Shown here: one piece after another, positions 49,040-61,192 of the stretch
Layout: every line of letters starts with the position of its first letter
Numbering within the stretch: position 1 is the stretch's first letter
Origin: Sodaliphilus sp.
Lineage (GTDB): Bacteria; Bacillota_I; Bacilli_A; RFN20; CAG-826
Direction: 5' to 3'
Length of the DNA stretch: 64,000 bases
Assembly (NCBI GenBank): GCA_963643355.1
Contig: CAVIJE010000001.1
Coordinates: 48,378-112,377 of the forward strand
Notes under the pieces: model-generated
Database searches by the model: none
Told to the model about the DNA's origin: nothing
The model's input: the letters and a program-made list of their open reading frames with translations, nothing else
Program-made: the position numbers and the translations under genes

Positions 49040-50263
49040 ATGAAATCTTTATCTAAACTATTCCGTTTTGGTCCAGGGCCTTCCTCATCTCATACAATTG
49101 CTCCATCAAATGCAGCTAGACGCTTTAAAGAATTAATTAAAGATAAAGAAATATCTGAAATCATCGTCACCTTATATGGTTCATTAGCTTTTACCGCTTT
49201 TGGACATGGAACCGATAAAGCAATCATAAACGCCCTTTCTCCTTATAAAACGGAAATAAAAATTGATAAAGAAACGGAAGTAGAACATCCTCTTACGATG
49301 AAATTTACGGCCTTAAATAATGAAGGCGTTATTTTAGAAAAACACTATGCATCACTAGGTGGAGGAGAAATTACCTCTCCAGATGATCTTGATGTAGTTG
49401 AAAAAGACATATACCCATATCGTAATTTTGAAGAAATAAAAACATATATGAAGGAGAACAACCTTGCTTCCTTAAAAGATTTCGCCTTGCTATATGAAGA
49501 TAAGAATATAAATGTATATTTAGAAACCGCCTTAGATAAAATGTTTGCCTCTATTGAAAATGGTTTAAAACAAGAAGGAAAGATCCCAGCAAACAACAAT
49601 CCTCGTCTCTCTTGGGATAGGTCTGCGGGCAAAATTTACGAAAAAGCCCTGCAAATCCCCGATGAAAGTAGCAAAAAGGAAATGTTATTAACGGCTTATG
49701 CTTATGCCGTTGGAGAATCTAGTGCTTCAGGAGAAGAAGTTGTAACTTCACCAACATGTGGATCATCAGGAGTCCTTCCATCTATTCTTTATTATGAATA
49801 TCACGACGAGCATGTTTCCAAGGAAAAATTGGTAAACGCCCTATTTATAGCGGGGATTTTTGGAAATATCGTTAAACAAAACGCATCAATTGCTGGCGCT
49901 ATTGGTGGTTGCCAAGCAGAAATTGGAACAGCCTCCTCAATGGCTGCTGCAGCTTTATGCTACATCAAGGGCTTAGATCTTTTCGCCCAAGAATATGCCG
50001 CCGAATGTGCAATGGAACATTTCCTTGGCCTATCTTGTGACCCAGTTGATGGATATGTAATTATTCCTTGCATCGAAAGAAATGGAATGGGCGTATTACG
50101 CTCATATGACGCATATCTTTACGCTAAATACGTTGCCCCAATCCGTAAAAACCAAGTTTCTTTCGATAACGTTGTTTCGGCGATGAAATTAACTGGCGAT
50201 GCCCTAGAAGAAGCTTATAAAGAAACGGCTTTAGGCGGTTTAGCAAAAATATTAAAAGAGTAG
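49040..50263 (+). CDS. sdaA: L-serine dehydratase, iron-sulfur dependent, single-chain
   Basis: N-terminal GPGPSSSHT motif and C-terminal Cys cluster ligands. Confidence 0.85.
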   Translation: MKSLSKLFRFGPGPSSSHTIAPSNAARRFKELIKDKEISEIIVTLYGSLAFTAFGHGTDKAIINALSPYKTEIKIDKETEVEHPLTMKFTALNNEGVILEKHYASLGGGEITSPDDLDVVEKDIYPYRNFEEIKTYMKENNLASLKDFALLYEDKNINVYLETALDKMFASIENGLKQEGKIPANNNPRLSWDRSAGKIYEKALQIPDESSKKEMLLTAYAYAVGESSASGEEVVTSPTCGSSGVLPSILYYEYHDEHVSKEKLVNALFIAGIFGNIVKQNASIAGAIGGCQAEIGTASSMAAAALCYIKGLDLFAQEYAAECAMEHFLGLSCDPVDGYVIIPCIERNGMGVLRSYDAYLYAKYVAPIRKNQVSFDNVVSAMKLTGDALEEAYKETALGGLAKILKE

Positions 50264-50297
50264 TATATCCAACATTTTTGATATATACTCTTTGCTT

Positions 50298-50335
50298 GCG
50301 TGTTCTATCCTCTGAACCACGCCTAAAAAACAAGG
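50298..50335 (+). promoter_or_regulatory. preQ1-I riboswitch upstream of queT
   Basis: GCGUG-UUCUAUCCUCUGAAC-CACGC-CUAAAAAACAAGG. This is a 5-bp P1 stem with a loop starting UUCUA, as in B. subtilis queC, and an A-rich tail running into the SD AAGGAGG. Confidence 0.6.
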
Positions 50336-50346
50336 AGGTCGAGATC

Positions 50347-50955
50347 ATGACCGATAATGATCAAAAACAAGTCTCTTTAGAGACCCCTTCTGAGACGGGT
50401 AGCTCTCAAGAAAAAGGAAAGAAAAAGGCACGTATTGATACGCGCACTCTGATAATTTACATAACTCAGAATGCTCTTGTCGCAGCAATCTATTTCGTGT
50501 TGACCGCATTTACGCAGCCAATTTCTTTTGGCGCTATGCAAATCAGATTAGCTGAAGCACTTGGATTGCTTTGCTTCTGGCGCCCAGATTTTGCAATTGG
50601 AATGACGCTTGGTTGTTTCTTAGCAAACGTTTATTCTTTCTCCCCATGGGATATGCTTCTTGGCTCGCTTGCCACCCTTATATCCTGCTTATTAATTTCT
50701 TATGCTTCCAAATGGCTTTGGATGGGAATCATCTATCCAGTCGTTTTAAATGGCTTAGTCGTTGGTGCGGAATTAACTTGGATTTTCATGAATCCAGTGG
50801 GCACGTATGTTGATTTTGCCGTTCAAGGAGGCTGGGTTGCCCTTGGCGAACTTGGTGCAATGGTAATCGGCTATATTCTTTGGATGATAATTTGCAGGCT
50901 TAAGATATTCGACAAAGTATTTAAACCTGTCAGACACCAAGACGTTAAGTTCTAA
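50347..50955 (+). CDS. queT: queuosine-precursor transporter QueT (ECF-type S component)
   Basis: Membrane protein of the QueT family. The track ORF starts at TTG 50278, but ATG 50347 with its SD is the likely start. Confidence 0.75.
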   Translation: MTDNDQKQVSLETPSETGSSQEKGKKKARIDTRTLIIYITQNALVAAIYFVLTAFTQPISFGAMQIRLAEALGLLCFWRPDFAIGMTLGCFLANVYSFSPWDMLLGSLATLISCLLISYASKWLWMGIIYPVVLNGLVVGAELTWIFMNPVGTYVDFAVQGGWVALGELGAMVIGYILWMIICRLKIFDKVFKPVRHQDVKF

Positions 50956-50985
50956 CTTCTTTAAAAAAGGTTGGAATAGATATAA

Positions 50986-52128
<1,143 letters not shown>

Positions 52129-52130
52129 AT

Positions 52131-53189
52131 ATGAATATCAATTTATTTGACTATGATTTGCCTGAAGAATTAATCGCTCAATCTCCAAAAGAAAAAAGAG
52201 ATACTTGCAAACTGATGGTTCTTGATCGTGAACATAAGACGGTCGAACATAAAATTTTTCACGACATCATTGAATATTTAAAACCTGGTGATGTTTTAGT
52301 AAGAAATAACACAAAGGTAATTCCTGCTCGCTTGCTTGGCGTAAAAAAAGAAACTGGTGGAGCAGTAGAAGTTCTTCTTTTAAAACAATTAGAAAACGAT
52401 ATATGGGAATGTTTAGTTGGCAATGCCCGCTCAGTAAAGGTTGGCTCGCATTGCGTTTTTGGCAATGGCGAACTTATTTGCGAATGCGTTGCCGTCAAAG
52501 ATGAAGGCATCCGCGACATGAAATTCATCTACAAAGGCATTTTCTTAGAAATTCTTGAACAACTAGGCCAGATGCCTCTCCCACCATATATCAAGAAACA
52601 ATGTTCAAATAATGATGATTATCAAACGGTCTACGCCAAAGTTCCTGGTTCTGCAGCCGCACCAACGGCGGGTTTCCATTTCACGAAAGAATTATTTGAT
52701 GAAATACGCGCTAAAGGAATTGAAGTTGAAGACATAACTTTAAATATTGGCTTAGGCACCTTTAGACCAGTTAAGGTTCAAGACACAAAAGACCATGTCA
52801 TGCATTCTGAAGTCATTGAAATGAGTGAAGAAGTAGCCGCTCGTTTAAACAAAGCCAAAAAAGAAGGAAGACGTATTATAGCAATTGGCACAACATCAAT
52901 TAGAACTCTTGAAGCGATATACGGAAAATATGGCGAATTTAGAGCCACTAGAGAGCCAACAAGACTCTATATTGAACCTGGTTATAAATTTTTAGCGGTT
53001 GATGCCATAATCACCAATTTCCATCTTCCAAAATCAACATTAGTGGAACTTATATCTTCTTTTGCTGGCAGAAGCTTTGTTTTAGACGCATATAAAGAAG
53101 CAGTCAAAGAACAATATCGCTTCTTCTCTTTTGGCGATGCGATGTTTATATATGGTGATAACTTCGATTATTCGAAGGCGATTGATTAA
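52131..53189 (+). CDS. queA: S-adenosylmethionine:tRNA ribosyltransferase-isomerase
   Basis: 352 aa. The N-terminus matches the QueA consensus (FDYDLPEELIAQ). Confidence 0.9.
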   Translation: MNINLFDYDLPEELIAQSPKEKRDTCKLMVLDREHKTVEHKIFHDIIEYLKPGDVLVRNNTKVIPARLLGVKKETGGAVEVLLLKQLENDIWECLVGNARSVKVGSHCVFGNGELICECVAVKDEGIRDMKFIYKGIFLEILEQLGQMPLPPYIKKQCSNNDDYQTVYAKVPGSAAAPTAGFHFTKELFDEIRAKGIEVEDITLNIGLGTFRPVKVQDTKDHVMHSEVIEMSEEVAARLNKAKKEGRRIIAIGTTSIRTLEAIYGKYGEFRATREPTRLYIEPGYKFLAVDAIITNFHLPKSTLVELISSFAGRSFVLDAYKEAVKEQYRFFSFGDAMFIYGDNFDYSKAID

Positions 53190-53191
53190 GA

Positions 53192-53815
53192 ATGAAATCC
53201 CATATTGTTAATCACAATTATTATTTAGAAAGTCTTGAAGAGATAAAGAAATTCCCTAAAGATAGAAAACCAACAATTCTTTTGCATGATTGCTGTGGGC
53301 CATGCGCTTGCTTTCCTTTGCTTTTCCTTTGCAAACATTTTGATGTAACTATTTATTACACAAACTCGAATATCAACACCAAGGCGGAATTTGATAAAAG
53401 ATTAAAAGAAGTAGAGCGTTTGATAAAATACTTAAAAGATACATGGAATTATGACATTAAACTCATCGTTTCCCCTTATAACCATGAAGAATACATGAAA
53501 GACCTTATGCCTTTCTCTTCTCTTCCTGAATGTTCCTATCGTTGTCACCTTTGTTACCGTAAAAGAATGGAAGAATCATTTCAATATGCAGACGATCATA
53601 ATTTTGATTATTTCACGACTGTTATGACAATTTCTCGCCAAAAATCTTCTAAAGTTATGAATGACATAGGAGAAGAATTAGCTTCCCATCATAAAACTAA
53701 ATATTTTTTCTCGGACTTTAAGAAAAATGGCGGAATTGATAAAGGCGTTCAATTACGCGATGAATTGGGCTTATATTGCCAAAATTACTGCGGGTGTGAA
53801 TTTAGCGTTAGATGA
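53192..53815 (+). CDS. queH: epoxyqueuosine reductase QueH (DUF208)
   Basis: LLHDCCGPC motif and C-terminal CGC. Confidence 0.8.
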   Translation: MKSHIVNHNYYLESLEEIKKFPKDRKPTILLHDCCGPCACFPLLFLCKHFDVTIYYTNSNINTKAEFDKRLKEVERLIKYLKDTWNYDIKLIVSPYNHEEYMKDLMPFSSLPECSYRCHLCYRKRMEESFQYADDHNFDYFTTVMTISRQKSSKVMNDIGEELASHHKTKYFFSDFKKNGGIDKGVQLRDELGLYCQNYCGCEFSVR

Positions 53816-54173
53816 AACGCCGCATTTGCTTAAGACTATCAATTTCATAGTTTGAGACGAAAAGAGAATTTTTGCCTGCAATTGCGGTTAGACTTGCCAT
53901 CTTTAATATGCCATTATTACTTGAAAGAAATAAAAACTTAATCACAATTTAGTTATAACTTGATTAAGGGGATCTATATGAAAATAACAATTGGTATATT
54001 GTGTTTGTCAATTTGTTCTTCTGCTTCGGTTTTTTCTATCAGGAAAAGTATTAATCCGAATTCAAAGGAATCACTCGTTCATGCTTTTGGACTGGAATAA
54101 ATGGCGATATGAACGCATGCATCTATGTCGCCGGCTCTCAATATGTAAAACACAGTTGGACACTTCAAAGAAA

Positions 54174-54929
54174 ATGAAAACACTCAAAATTAAAACATTA
54201 ATTTTTATTCCGTTATTGCTTTTAAGTTCATGCGATGATGGTTACATATACAAAGGTCGAAAAAATTATAAGCCGGCAAATTTCGTTTCCTTTTTTGAGA
54301 AAAAAGAAGTTCTAACCGACAGAATCACCTACGTTTATAAAACCATAGGGAGCGAAGAACCGCTAGTAAAAGACAACAGGTGTGCATATTTCAAATTGCT
54401 CGACTCAAATAAAATAATTGGAATTTTAGATAACTATTTATGTAATTATTACATTGAAACCGGCAAGTGCACTTTAACAAAAGGCAGCAACATAGTTACA
54501 ATGAATTTAGATTCCAATTTAGCGGTAAATGATGTTGCCTTAAAATGCTTCGATGAGTTAGAAATAACGCCAGCATTTTCTAGCAATGCTGTATTATTGG
54601 CCGTTGGAGATTATTTCTTAAAAAAGGAGTGCTGGGACTTCATACCCTGTCTTTACTATCGGAGTATTGCAGTTTATGTCACCGACGAAGAACTAAAAGA
54701 AAATACTGCGTTGCAAAGCAACATAAAGAATTTATTCGATAATAGTGAAGAAGAATATTCCGCGTGGGAAGCGATGTGCCACCTTGAATATGGAGATAAG
54801 TTTTCCATTATTATTGGTATGAACGGCGATGAAACTAAGCTCGAACCACAAATGTTTTTTGGCCCGTTTCAACTTCTTTTCCCAAAAGATTCTGAAAAAT
54901 ACGCTTGGTCAAATAAGACTGAGATTTAA
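54174..54929 (+). CDS. lipoprotein of unknown function
   Basis: Signal peptide plus lipobox (LLLSSCDD). The track ORF, starting at 53991, carries an implausible N-terminal extension. Confidence 0.55.
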   Translation: MKTLKIKTLIFIPLLLLSSCDDGYIYKGRKNYKPANFVSFFEKKEVLTDRITYVYKTIGSEEPLVKDNRCAYFKLLDSNKIIGILDNYLCNYYIETGKCTLTKGSNIVTMNLDSNLAVNDVALKCFDELEITPAFSSNAVLLAVGDYFLKKECWDFIPCLYYRSIAVYVTDEELKENTALQSNIKNLFDNSEEEYSAWEAMCHLEYGDKFSIIIGMNGDETKLEPQMFFGPFQLLFPKDSEKYAWSNKTEI

Positions 54930-55090
54930 TCATAAAAATATAAAAATAAGAATATTAAACATGTTATTATTTGTGCACCGTGCATAAAGTTTTAACATGT
55001 TTTTTCTTTAAATTTCCACAAAAAATCGATGAATAGTGGATTTTTTCAAAAAGTTAAGATGACACCTATGTTTTTGCATGGAAAAAGTAG

Positions 55091-55119
55091 TTGACTACGT
55101 ATACGCGTAGAGAGATAAT
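55091..55119 (+). promoter_or_regulatory. sigma-A-type promoter of the S10 operon (TTGACT-17-GATAAT), followed by a structured leader of about 130 nt
   Basis: Consensus -35 and -10 elements with a 17-nt spacer. The leader (55126-55251) is more GC-rich than its surroundings, consistent with an autoregulatory r-protein leader. Confidence 0.55.
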
Positions 55120-55251
55120 TTTTCACGCTGACGCAAGCAAGGAAGTGCGATGTTGCTGACACACCGATACACGTTGTCGAGTAACGGCTTAGTTAGGAAA
55201 CTCGCATGGAGCCCAAATCAAGCAAGCCTGGTGAAATAAGGAGGAAAAATC

Positions 55252-55566
55252 ATGGCGAAACAACAAGTCCTGCGCATCAGATTGCAGGCTTACGACCACA
55301 AGATCATCGACGTCGCAGCCGAAAAGATCATTGAAGTCGCAGACAAAACCGGCGCCAAAGTCATTGGCCCAGTACCTCTCCCAACGGAGAAGCAAGTGTA
55401 CACAATCTTAAGAGCTACCTTCAAATACAAGGATAGCCGCGAGCAATTCGAAATCCGTACACACAAGAGATTGATCGATGTTGTCAATCCAACAAAAGAA
55501 ACAGTCGAAGCCATTCGTAAGCTTGACTTACCAAATGGTGTCGATATCGATGTCACAGCGAAGTAA
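55252..55566 (+). CDS. rpsJ: 30S ribosomal protein S10
   Basis: 104 aa, canonical S10. Confidence 0.95.
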   Translation: MAKQQVLRIRLQAYDHKIIDVAAEKIIEVADKTGAKVIGPVPLPTEKQVYTILRATFKYKDSREQFEIRTHKRLIDVVNPTKETVEAIRKLDLPNGVDIDVTAK

Positions 55567-55580
55567 GGAGGAAAACATTC

Positions 55581-56264
55581 ATGAAATCCATTATCGGAAG
55601 AAAAATTGGAATGACCGAAGTCTTCGCAACTGATGGAACAATGTATCCAGTCACTGTCATCGAAGTCCTTCCAAACGTTGTCGTTGCTAAAAAGACAACC
55701 GAAAAAGATGGCTATGAAGCATTACAAGTTGGCTACGAACCAATCGCTGAACGCCACCTCAATAAATGCGAATTAGGCATTTATAAAAAATCCAACGTTG
55801 CTACACACGCACATTTATATGAATTAAAAGGCGAAGAAATTTATTCCAAGAACGTTGGTGAAACCCTCACAGCTGATTTATTCCAAGCTGGTGAAGTGGT
55901 TGACGTCATTGGCACAACCAAAGGACATGGTTATACCGGCGTCATCAAGAGATATCACAAGCACATTGGTCCAAAAGGCCATGGTTCAGGATATCACAGA
56001 CAAATTGGTTCACTTGCCAATAACGGCCGTTGCAATAACCGCGTTATCCCAGGTAAGGTCATGTCTGGACATTGGGGCCCACATCAAGCAACAATCCAAA
56101 ACATCACTGTTGTCGCTTCCAATGTTGAAAAAGGATACATCCTTGTTAAAGGCGGCGTCCCAGGACCAAAAAAATCGATCGTTATGATCAGAAGCGCGAT
56201 CTTAGAACAATTCAGAAAACCAGAAGTCAAAGAATTAATTGATCGCAGCAAGAAAGGAGAATAA
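55581..56264 (+). CDS. rplC: 50S ribosomal protein L3
   Basis: 227 aa, L3 pattern. Confidence 0.95.
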   Translation: MKSIIGRKIGMTEVFATDGTMYPVTVIEVLPNVVVAKKTTEKDGYEALQVGYEPIAERHLNKCELGIYKKSNVATHAHLYELKGEEIYSKNVGETLTADLFQAGEVVDVIGTTKGHGYTGVIKRYHKHIGPKGHGSGYHRQIGSLANNGRCNNRVIPGKVMSGHWGPHQATIQNITVVASNVEKGYILVKGGVPGPKKSIVMIRSAILEQFRKPEVKELIDRSKKGE

Positions 56265-56269
56265 GAATT

Positions 56270-56902
56270 ATGGCAACAAAAGCAATTACTCTCCCAGTCG
56301 TTTCATTAGCCGGCGAAAAAGTCGGTGAAGTCAAGCTCTCAAACGAAGTCTTCGGCATCACCGCTAAGAATGAACAAGTCGTTCATGATGCAGCCGTTGC
56401 TGAAGAAGCAAACTATCGCCAAGCTACTGCCAAAACCAAAAAACGTCACGAAGTAAGTGGCGGTGGCAAAAAGCCTTGGAGACAAAAAGGAACCGGCCGT
56501 GCTCGTGCAGGTTCTAGCCGTTCACCTATCTGGGTCGGCGGCGGTAAGGTCTTCGGACCAGACGGAAACCAAAGCTACAAGGTTTCCCAAAACAAGAAAG
56601 CTCACGCACTTGCCCTTAAGACAGTTCTCTCCCAAAAGGTTAACAATGGCTTAATCGTCATTGATGAACTCAAAGCTGACAAAGTTTCCACAAAAGACTT
56701 CAAAGCAAATTTAGCAAGTGTCAAAGCCGAGGGCAAAGTTCTTCTCGTCACTTCCGATGAGAAGGTAATCTTAAGCGCCAAGAACATTGATCGCTTAGAA
56801 TTCCGTGCTGTCAACAACATCAGCGTCTACGATGTCCTCAATGCTAATGTCTTAGTTATTTCTAAGAAAGACATTGAAACCCTTGAAGGAGGACTTAAAT
56901 AA
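56270..56902 (+). CDS. rplD: 50S ribosomal protein L4
   Basis: 210 aa, L4 pattern. Confidence 0.95.
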   Translation: MATKAITLPVVSLAGEKVGEVKLSNEVFGITAKNEQVVHDAAVAEEANYRQATAKTKKRHEVSGGGKKPWRQKGTGRARAGSSRSPIWVGGGKVFGPDGNQSYKVSQNKKAHALALKTVLSQKVNNGLIVIDELKADKVSTKDFKANLASVKAEGKVLLVTSDEKVILSAKNIDRLEFRAVNNISVYDVLNANVLVISKKDIETLEGGLK

Positions 56903-57252
56903 TGGCAGCCAAGAAGAAAGTCGAAACAGTTGAAGAAACAAAGAAAACATTTGCTTCCCCAACCCATCATGACTATGAAGTTATCCTTGATCCAGTCATT
57001 ACAGAAAAGAGCATGGCTCTTCTCCAAAATGAAAACAAGATCACTCTTAAAGTTGCATCTAATGCCAATAAGACATCTATCAAGGAGAGCTTCCAACGCT
57101 TATATCAAGTTAGCGTAGACGATGTCAAAGTCATCAACGTTCTTGCTAAGAGCACAACCAGAGGCGGCCGCTATCAAGGTCACATCTCTGGATACAAGAA
57201 GGCCATCATCACCATTCATGAAGGTGAAGCGATTGACCTCTTCAAAGAGTAA
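56902..57252 (+). CDS. rplW: 50S ribosomal protein L23
   Basis: 116 aa with an N-terminal extension. Confidence 0.9.
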   Translation: MAAKKKVETVEETKKTFASPTHHDYEVILDPVITEKSMALLQNENKITLKVASNANKTSIKESFQRLYQVSVDDVKVINVLAKSTTRGGRYQGHISGYKKAIITIHEGEAIDLFKE

Positions 57253-57319
57253 GGAAACACCGTTAAGCATATATCCTTATATATAAGCTTATAAAGAATC
57301 CACTATAGGAGAAAAGAAA

Positions 57320-58153
57320 ATGGCAACAAAAACATACAAGCCATATACGAAATCGAGACGCGAAATGGTCACCCTTTCGTATGAAGACATCACAAAAACA
57401 ACTCCTGAAAAATCATTACTTGCCCCTAAGAAACACACTGGTGGCCGTAACAATCAAGGAGTAATCACCTGCCGTCATCACGGTGGTGGAAACAAAAATC
57501 GTTACAGAATCATCGATTTCCGTCGTAACAAAGATGGAATCCCAGCAACAGTCAAAGCAATCGAATACGATCCAAACCGTACTGCATTCATCGCCTTACT
57601 TTGCTATGCCGATGGTGAAAAGCGCTACATCATCAGACCAAAAGATCTCAATGTTGGCGCAAAGATCATCTCTGGGGCAACCACTGATATCAAGACAGGA
57701 AACAATCTTGAATTAAGAAACATTCCAGAAGGTACATTTGTTCACAACGTTGAACTTATGCCAGGAAAAGGCGGACAACTCTGTCGTGCTGCTGGAACAG
57801 GCGCACAAATCCTCGGTGCTGATGGCAAATATGTCATCATCCGCTTAGCTTCTGGTGAAGTTAGAAAAGTCTTAGGCGTTTGCCGTGCAACAATCGGTAT
57901 CGTCGGTAATGAAGACTACAACCTCGTTAACAGAGGTAAGGCTGGTAAAACACGTTACAAGGGCATCCGCCCAACAGTTCGTGGTTCAGTCATGAACCCT
58001 GTTGATCACCCTCACGGTGGTGGTGAAGGTAAGTGTCCAGTCGGACGTAATGCACCACGTACCCCTTGGGGTAAGAAAGCAATGGGTGTCAAGACCCGTC
58101 GCGTTAAGAAGAATTCTACACGCCTCATCGTAAGACGTAGAAATTCTAAATAA
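57320..58153 (+). CDS. rplB: 50S ribosomal protein L2
   Basis: 277 aa, L2 pattern. Confidence 0.95.
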   Translation: MATKTYKPYTKSRREMVTLSYEDITKTTPEKSLLAPKKHTGGRNNQGVITCRHHGGGNKNRYRIIDFRRNKDGIPATVKAIEYDPNRTAFIALLCYADGEKRYIIRPKDLNVGAKIISGATTDIKTGNNLELRNIPEGTFVHNVELMPGKGGQLCRAAGTGAQILGADGKYVIIRLASGEVRKVLGVCRATIGIVGNEDYNLVNRGKAGKTRYKGIRPTVRGSVMNPVDHPHGGGEGKCPVGRNAPRTPWGKKAMGVKTRRVKKNSTRLIVRRRNSK

Positions 58154-58170
58154 GGAAAGGAGATCAAAAT

Positions 58171-58458
58171 ATGTCTCGTTCAGCTAAAAAAGGACCATTT
58201 GTTGACGAATACCTTCTCAAAAAGGTTGAAGCCATCAAGAAATCCGGCAAAAAAGAGGTCATCAAAACTTGGTCTCGCCGCTCGACAATCTATCCAGCAT
58301 TCGTCGAACAAACCTTTGCTGTCTATAACGGCAAGGAACACATCACCGTCTATGTCACAGAAGATATGGTTGGACATAAACTTGGCGAATTCGCCCCAAC
58401 CCGTACCTTCCCTGGTCACCATGGTAATAACCTCAATGACCAAGCAGCTAAGAAATAA
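58171..58458 (+). CDS. rpsS: 30S ribosomal protein S19
   Basis: 95 aa. Confidence 0.95.
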   Translation: MSRSAKKGPFVDEYLLKKVEAIKKSGKKEVIKTWSRRSTIYPAFVEQTFAVYNGKEHITVYVTEDMVGHKLGEFAPTRTFPGHHGNNLNDQAAKK

Positions 58459-58468
58459 GGAGTAGATT

Positions 58469-58978
58469 ATGGCAGAAGAAAAGAAAACCGTAAAGAAAGC
58501 TCCAGCCAAGAAAGCTGCAGCTCCAAAAGCCAAGAAAGAAACCGTTAAGGAAGAAGTCAAGGCTACTGAAGTAAAAGAAACCAAGAAAGCTTCCAAGAAA
58601 GCAGTCAAGGCCGAACCTGTTAAAGAAGAAAAGCCAGCTGTTACCGAAGCTCTTGCTGTTGCAAAAGACGTTCGCGTCACCCCACGCAAAGTTCGCTTAG
58701 TTATCGATCTTGTCCGTGGTAAAGATGTTGATGAAGCTCTTGCAATCCTCAAAAATGTCAACCGTGCTGCTAGCGCACCAGTCTACAAGATCATCAAATC
58801 TGCAGCTGCTAACGCTACCAACAACTTCGGAATGGACGGCAACAAATTATATGTTGCTGAAATCCAAGCTTCCGATGGCATCAAGATGAAGAGATTCATG
58901 CCACGTGGCAAAGGATCCTCTTCCGGATTAATCAAGAGAACAGCCAATATCCGCTGCATCGTCAAAGAAAGAAATTAA
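58469..58978 (+). CDS. rplV: 50S ribosomal protein L22, with a roughly 60-aa Lys/Ala/Pro-rich N-terminal extension
   Basis: L22 core from VTPRKVRLV onward, plus a histone-H1-like N-terminal tail. Confidence 0.9.
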   Translation: MAEEKKTVKKAPAKKAAAPKAKKETVKEEVKATEVKETKKASKKAVKAEPVKEEKPAVTEALAVAKDVRVTPRKVRLVIDLVRGKDVDEALAILKNVNRAASAPVYKIIKSAAANATNNFGMDGNKLYVAEIQASDGIKMKRFMPRGKGSSSGLIKRTANIRCIVKERN

Positions 58979-58991
58979 GGAGAGTAAACTA

Positions 58992-59699
58992 ATGGGTCAA
59001 AAAGTTAATGCTAACGGTCTCCGTGTCGGAATTAACCGTGGCTGGGAAGCCAATTGGTTTGCTTCCAAAAAAGACTACGCGACATTCTTAGGCGAAGATA
59101 TCGCCATCCGTAATTACTTAGAACCTCTTCTCAAAGAAGCGGTTGTAAGCCACATTGATATCGCTCGTAGCAAAAATGACAAAGGCTCCACTGTTATCAT
59201 CAATGCCTTCGTCGCTCGTCCAGGTGTCATTCTTGGACAAGATAACACCAAAATCGCTGCTATCAACAAAGGCTTAAAGAAAGTTGTTAAATCTGGTGCT
59301 GCTACCCTCAACCTCGTTGAAGTCAAGAACCCAGATCTCGACGCTACCTTAATTGCCAAGTGGATCGCTTCCGAAATTGAAAATCGTCAATCTTTCCGTT
59401 CAACACAAAAGAAGGCGATTCAAAGAATGAAAAAGGCTGGCGCACTCGGTTGCAAAACCCAATGCCAAGGCCGTCTTGCCGGTGCTGAAATCGCCCGTCG
59501 CGAAGGTTACAAAGTTGGTGTCGTACCACTCGAAACACTCCGTGCCGACATCGATTATGCAGCCGTCACCGCTAATACCGCTTATGGCGATATTGGTATC
59601 AAAGTCTGGATCTGCCGCTCTGCTAATACAGTAAAAGCTGCAGAAACCGAAGAAAAGAAAGAAGGAGGACATGACAATGCTACAACCAAAGCGCGTTAA
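58992..59699 (+). CDS. rpsC: 30S ribosomal protein S3
   Basis: 235 aa with KH domain. Confidence 0.95.
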   Translation: MGQKVNANGLRVGINRGWEANWFASKKDYATFLGEDIAIRNYLEPLLKEAVVSHIDIARSKNDKGSTVIINAFVARPGVILGQDNTKIAAINKGLKKVVKSGAATLNLVEVKNPDLDATLIAKWIASEIENRQSFRSTQKKAIQRMKKAGALGCKTQCQGRLAGAEIARREGYKVGVVPLETLRADIDYAAVTANTAYGDIGIKVWICRSANTVKAAETEEKKEGGHDNATTKAR

Positions 59700-60228
59700 G
59701 TATCGTCGTCCACATAGACTCTCCTACGAAGGCGTTGCCTCCAAAGGAAACACAGTCGAATTCGGTGAATACGGCCTTGCCGCAACCGAAGGTGGATATC
59801 TTGATAACCACCAAATTGAATCAGCTCGTATCGTTCTTGCAAAATACACCGATAGAACTGGTAAAGTTTGGATTAGAGTCTTCCCTCACTTAGCAAGAAC
59901 TAAGAAACCAGCCGAAGTCCGTATGGGTTCCGGTAAAGGTTCACCAGAGAGCTGGGCAGCTGTTGTTAAGAAAGGCAGAGTCATCTTCGAGATTGGCGGA
60001 GTCAATCCTGAAGTTGCCATCAAAGCCCTTCACCAAGCTGGCTTCAAACTCCCGCTCAACACAAAAATCGTCAAGAGAACAAAAGCCTTAAGCGATGCTG
60101 AATTACTTAAGATGGAAGAGCAACACGAATCCTCTCTTGAACAAATCGAAGCTGAAGATCAAATCGAAACTGTCTCTGACACAGGAAATGAAACTCCAGC
60201 AGCAACCACTGAAGGGGGAAATAAATAA
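59671..60228 (+). CDS. rplP: 50S ribosomal protein L16, with an acidic C-terminal extension
   Basis: L16 core plus an acidic tail of about 45 aa. Confidence 0.9.
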   Translation: MTMLQPKRVKYRRPHRLSYEGVASKGNTVEFGEYGLAATEGGYLDNHQIESARIVLAKYTDRTGKVWIRVFPHLARTKKPAEVRMGSGKGSPESWAAVVKKGRVIFEIGGVNPEVAIKALHQAGFKLPLNTKIVKRTKALSDAELLKMEEQHESSLEQIEAEDQIETVSDTGNETPAATTEGGNK

Positions 60229-60440
60229 TGACCATTAAAGAATTAAGGGCCTTGTCCCCTAAAGAGCTCGATGAAAAGATTGCTGAATTAAAGCAACATC
60301 AATTCGAACTCCGCCGTCAAGCAGCCGTCGGACAATTAGAACATCCAGATGACTTGCACTTCGTCCGTAAGGACATTGCTAAAGCTGAAACCGTTAAACG
60401 CGAGAGAGAACTCCAAATTAACGCTTCAGAAAGCAAATAA
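60228..60440 (+). CDS. rpmC: 50S ribosomal protein L29
   Basis: 70 aa. Confidence 0.9.
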   Translation: MTIKELRALSPKELDEKIAELKQHQFELRRQAAVGQLEHPDDLHFVRKDIAKAETVKRERELQINASESK

Positions 60441-60458
60441 TGAAAGGAGACCACAAAC

Positions 60459-60809
60459 ATGGAAAGAAATACAAGAACAAAATTCCAAGGTGTTGTTACT
60501 TCAGTAAAAATGGATAAAACCATCACTGTCACAGTTTCCACCAAACAAAATGATCCCCTTTATCAAAAGAGAGTCGGATATTCCAAGAAATATCACGCTC
60601 ATGATGAAAAGAACGCTGCCAAAGTCGGCGACGTTGTAACCATCATGTCCTGCCGCCCTATCTCCAAAACCAAGAAATTTATCTTAGTTTCCATCGATAA
60701 GGCCGCAGCAGCTGGCGCAAACGCCAACGATGTCGAAGCCGCACTCGAAAAGAGCGAAGGCTCCGATGAAATCGTTAATGAAAGCGTTAAAGCAGAAGAG
60801 GAGAAATAA
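60459..60809 (+). CDS. rpsQ: 30S ribosomal protein S17, with a C-terminal extension
   Basis: S17 OB-fold core plus an Ala/Glu-rich tail of about 35 aa. Confidence 0.9.
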   Translation: MERNTRTKFQGVVTSVKMDKTITVTVSTKQNDPLYQKRVGYSKKYHAHDEKNAAKVGDVVTIMSCRPISKTKKFILVSIDKAAAAGANANDVEAALEKSEGSDEIVNESVKAEEEK

Positions 60810-60811
60810 GC

Positions 60812-61180
60812 ATGATTCACAATGAAACTAATCTTGTAGTCGCTGATAACTCCGGCGCTCGTGCAGTCCGTGTCTTCCGCCTTTATGGCGGATCACACCG
60901 CAAAATGAGCTCCATTGGAGATGTCGTCCTCTGCGCTGTTAAAGACGTTACCCCAAACGGCAAGATCAAAAAAGGTCAAGTCGTCAAAGGTGTCATCGTG
61001 AGAGTCAAACGCGCTGTCATCCGTAAAGATGGTTCTTCCATCTCCTTCGATGATAATGCTGTCGTTCTCATTGATAATGACGGAAACCCACTTGGAACAC
61101 GTGTCTTCGGACCTGTTGCTCGTGAACTTCGTGACAAAGGCTATATGAAGATTATCTCTTTAGCCCCAGAAGTCTTATAA
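60812..61180 (+). CDS. rplN: 50S ribosomal protein L14
   Basis: 122 aa. Confidence 0.95.
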   Translation: MIHNETNLVVADNSGARAVRVFRLYGGSHRKMSSIGDVVLCAVKDVTPNGKIKKGQVVKGVIVRVKRAVIRKDGSSISFDDNAVVLIDNDGNPLGTRVFGPVARELRDKGYMKIISLAPEVL

Positions 61181-61192
61181 GGAGAAAACAAC

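Noticed and set aside
53991-54173. N-terminal 61 codons of the track ORF 53991..54929
   Set aside because: The translation has a Cys/Arg-rich nonsense-like start. A proper signal-peptide start with an upstream A-rich RBS exists at ATG 54174.
55097-55113. Tandem mini-palindromes TACGTA and ACGCGT in the S10-operon promoter spacer
   Set aside because: They are short, commonly occurring restriction-site-like palindromes and are insufficient to call an operator.
58180-58761. 193-aa minus-strand ORF, with similar antisense ORFs across the r-protein operon (for example 59400..59672, 60317..60544, 62843..63067)
   Set aside because: They lie antisense to highly conserved ribosomal protein genes. 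The Ala/Ser/Thr-rich translations are typical of spurious ORFs opposite Lys/Glu-rich coding sequence.
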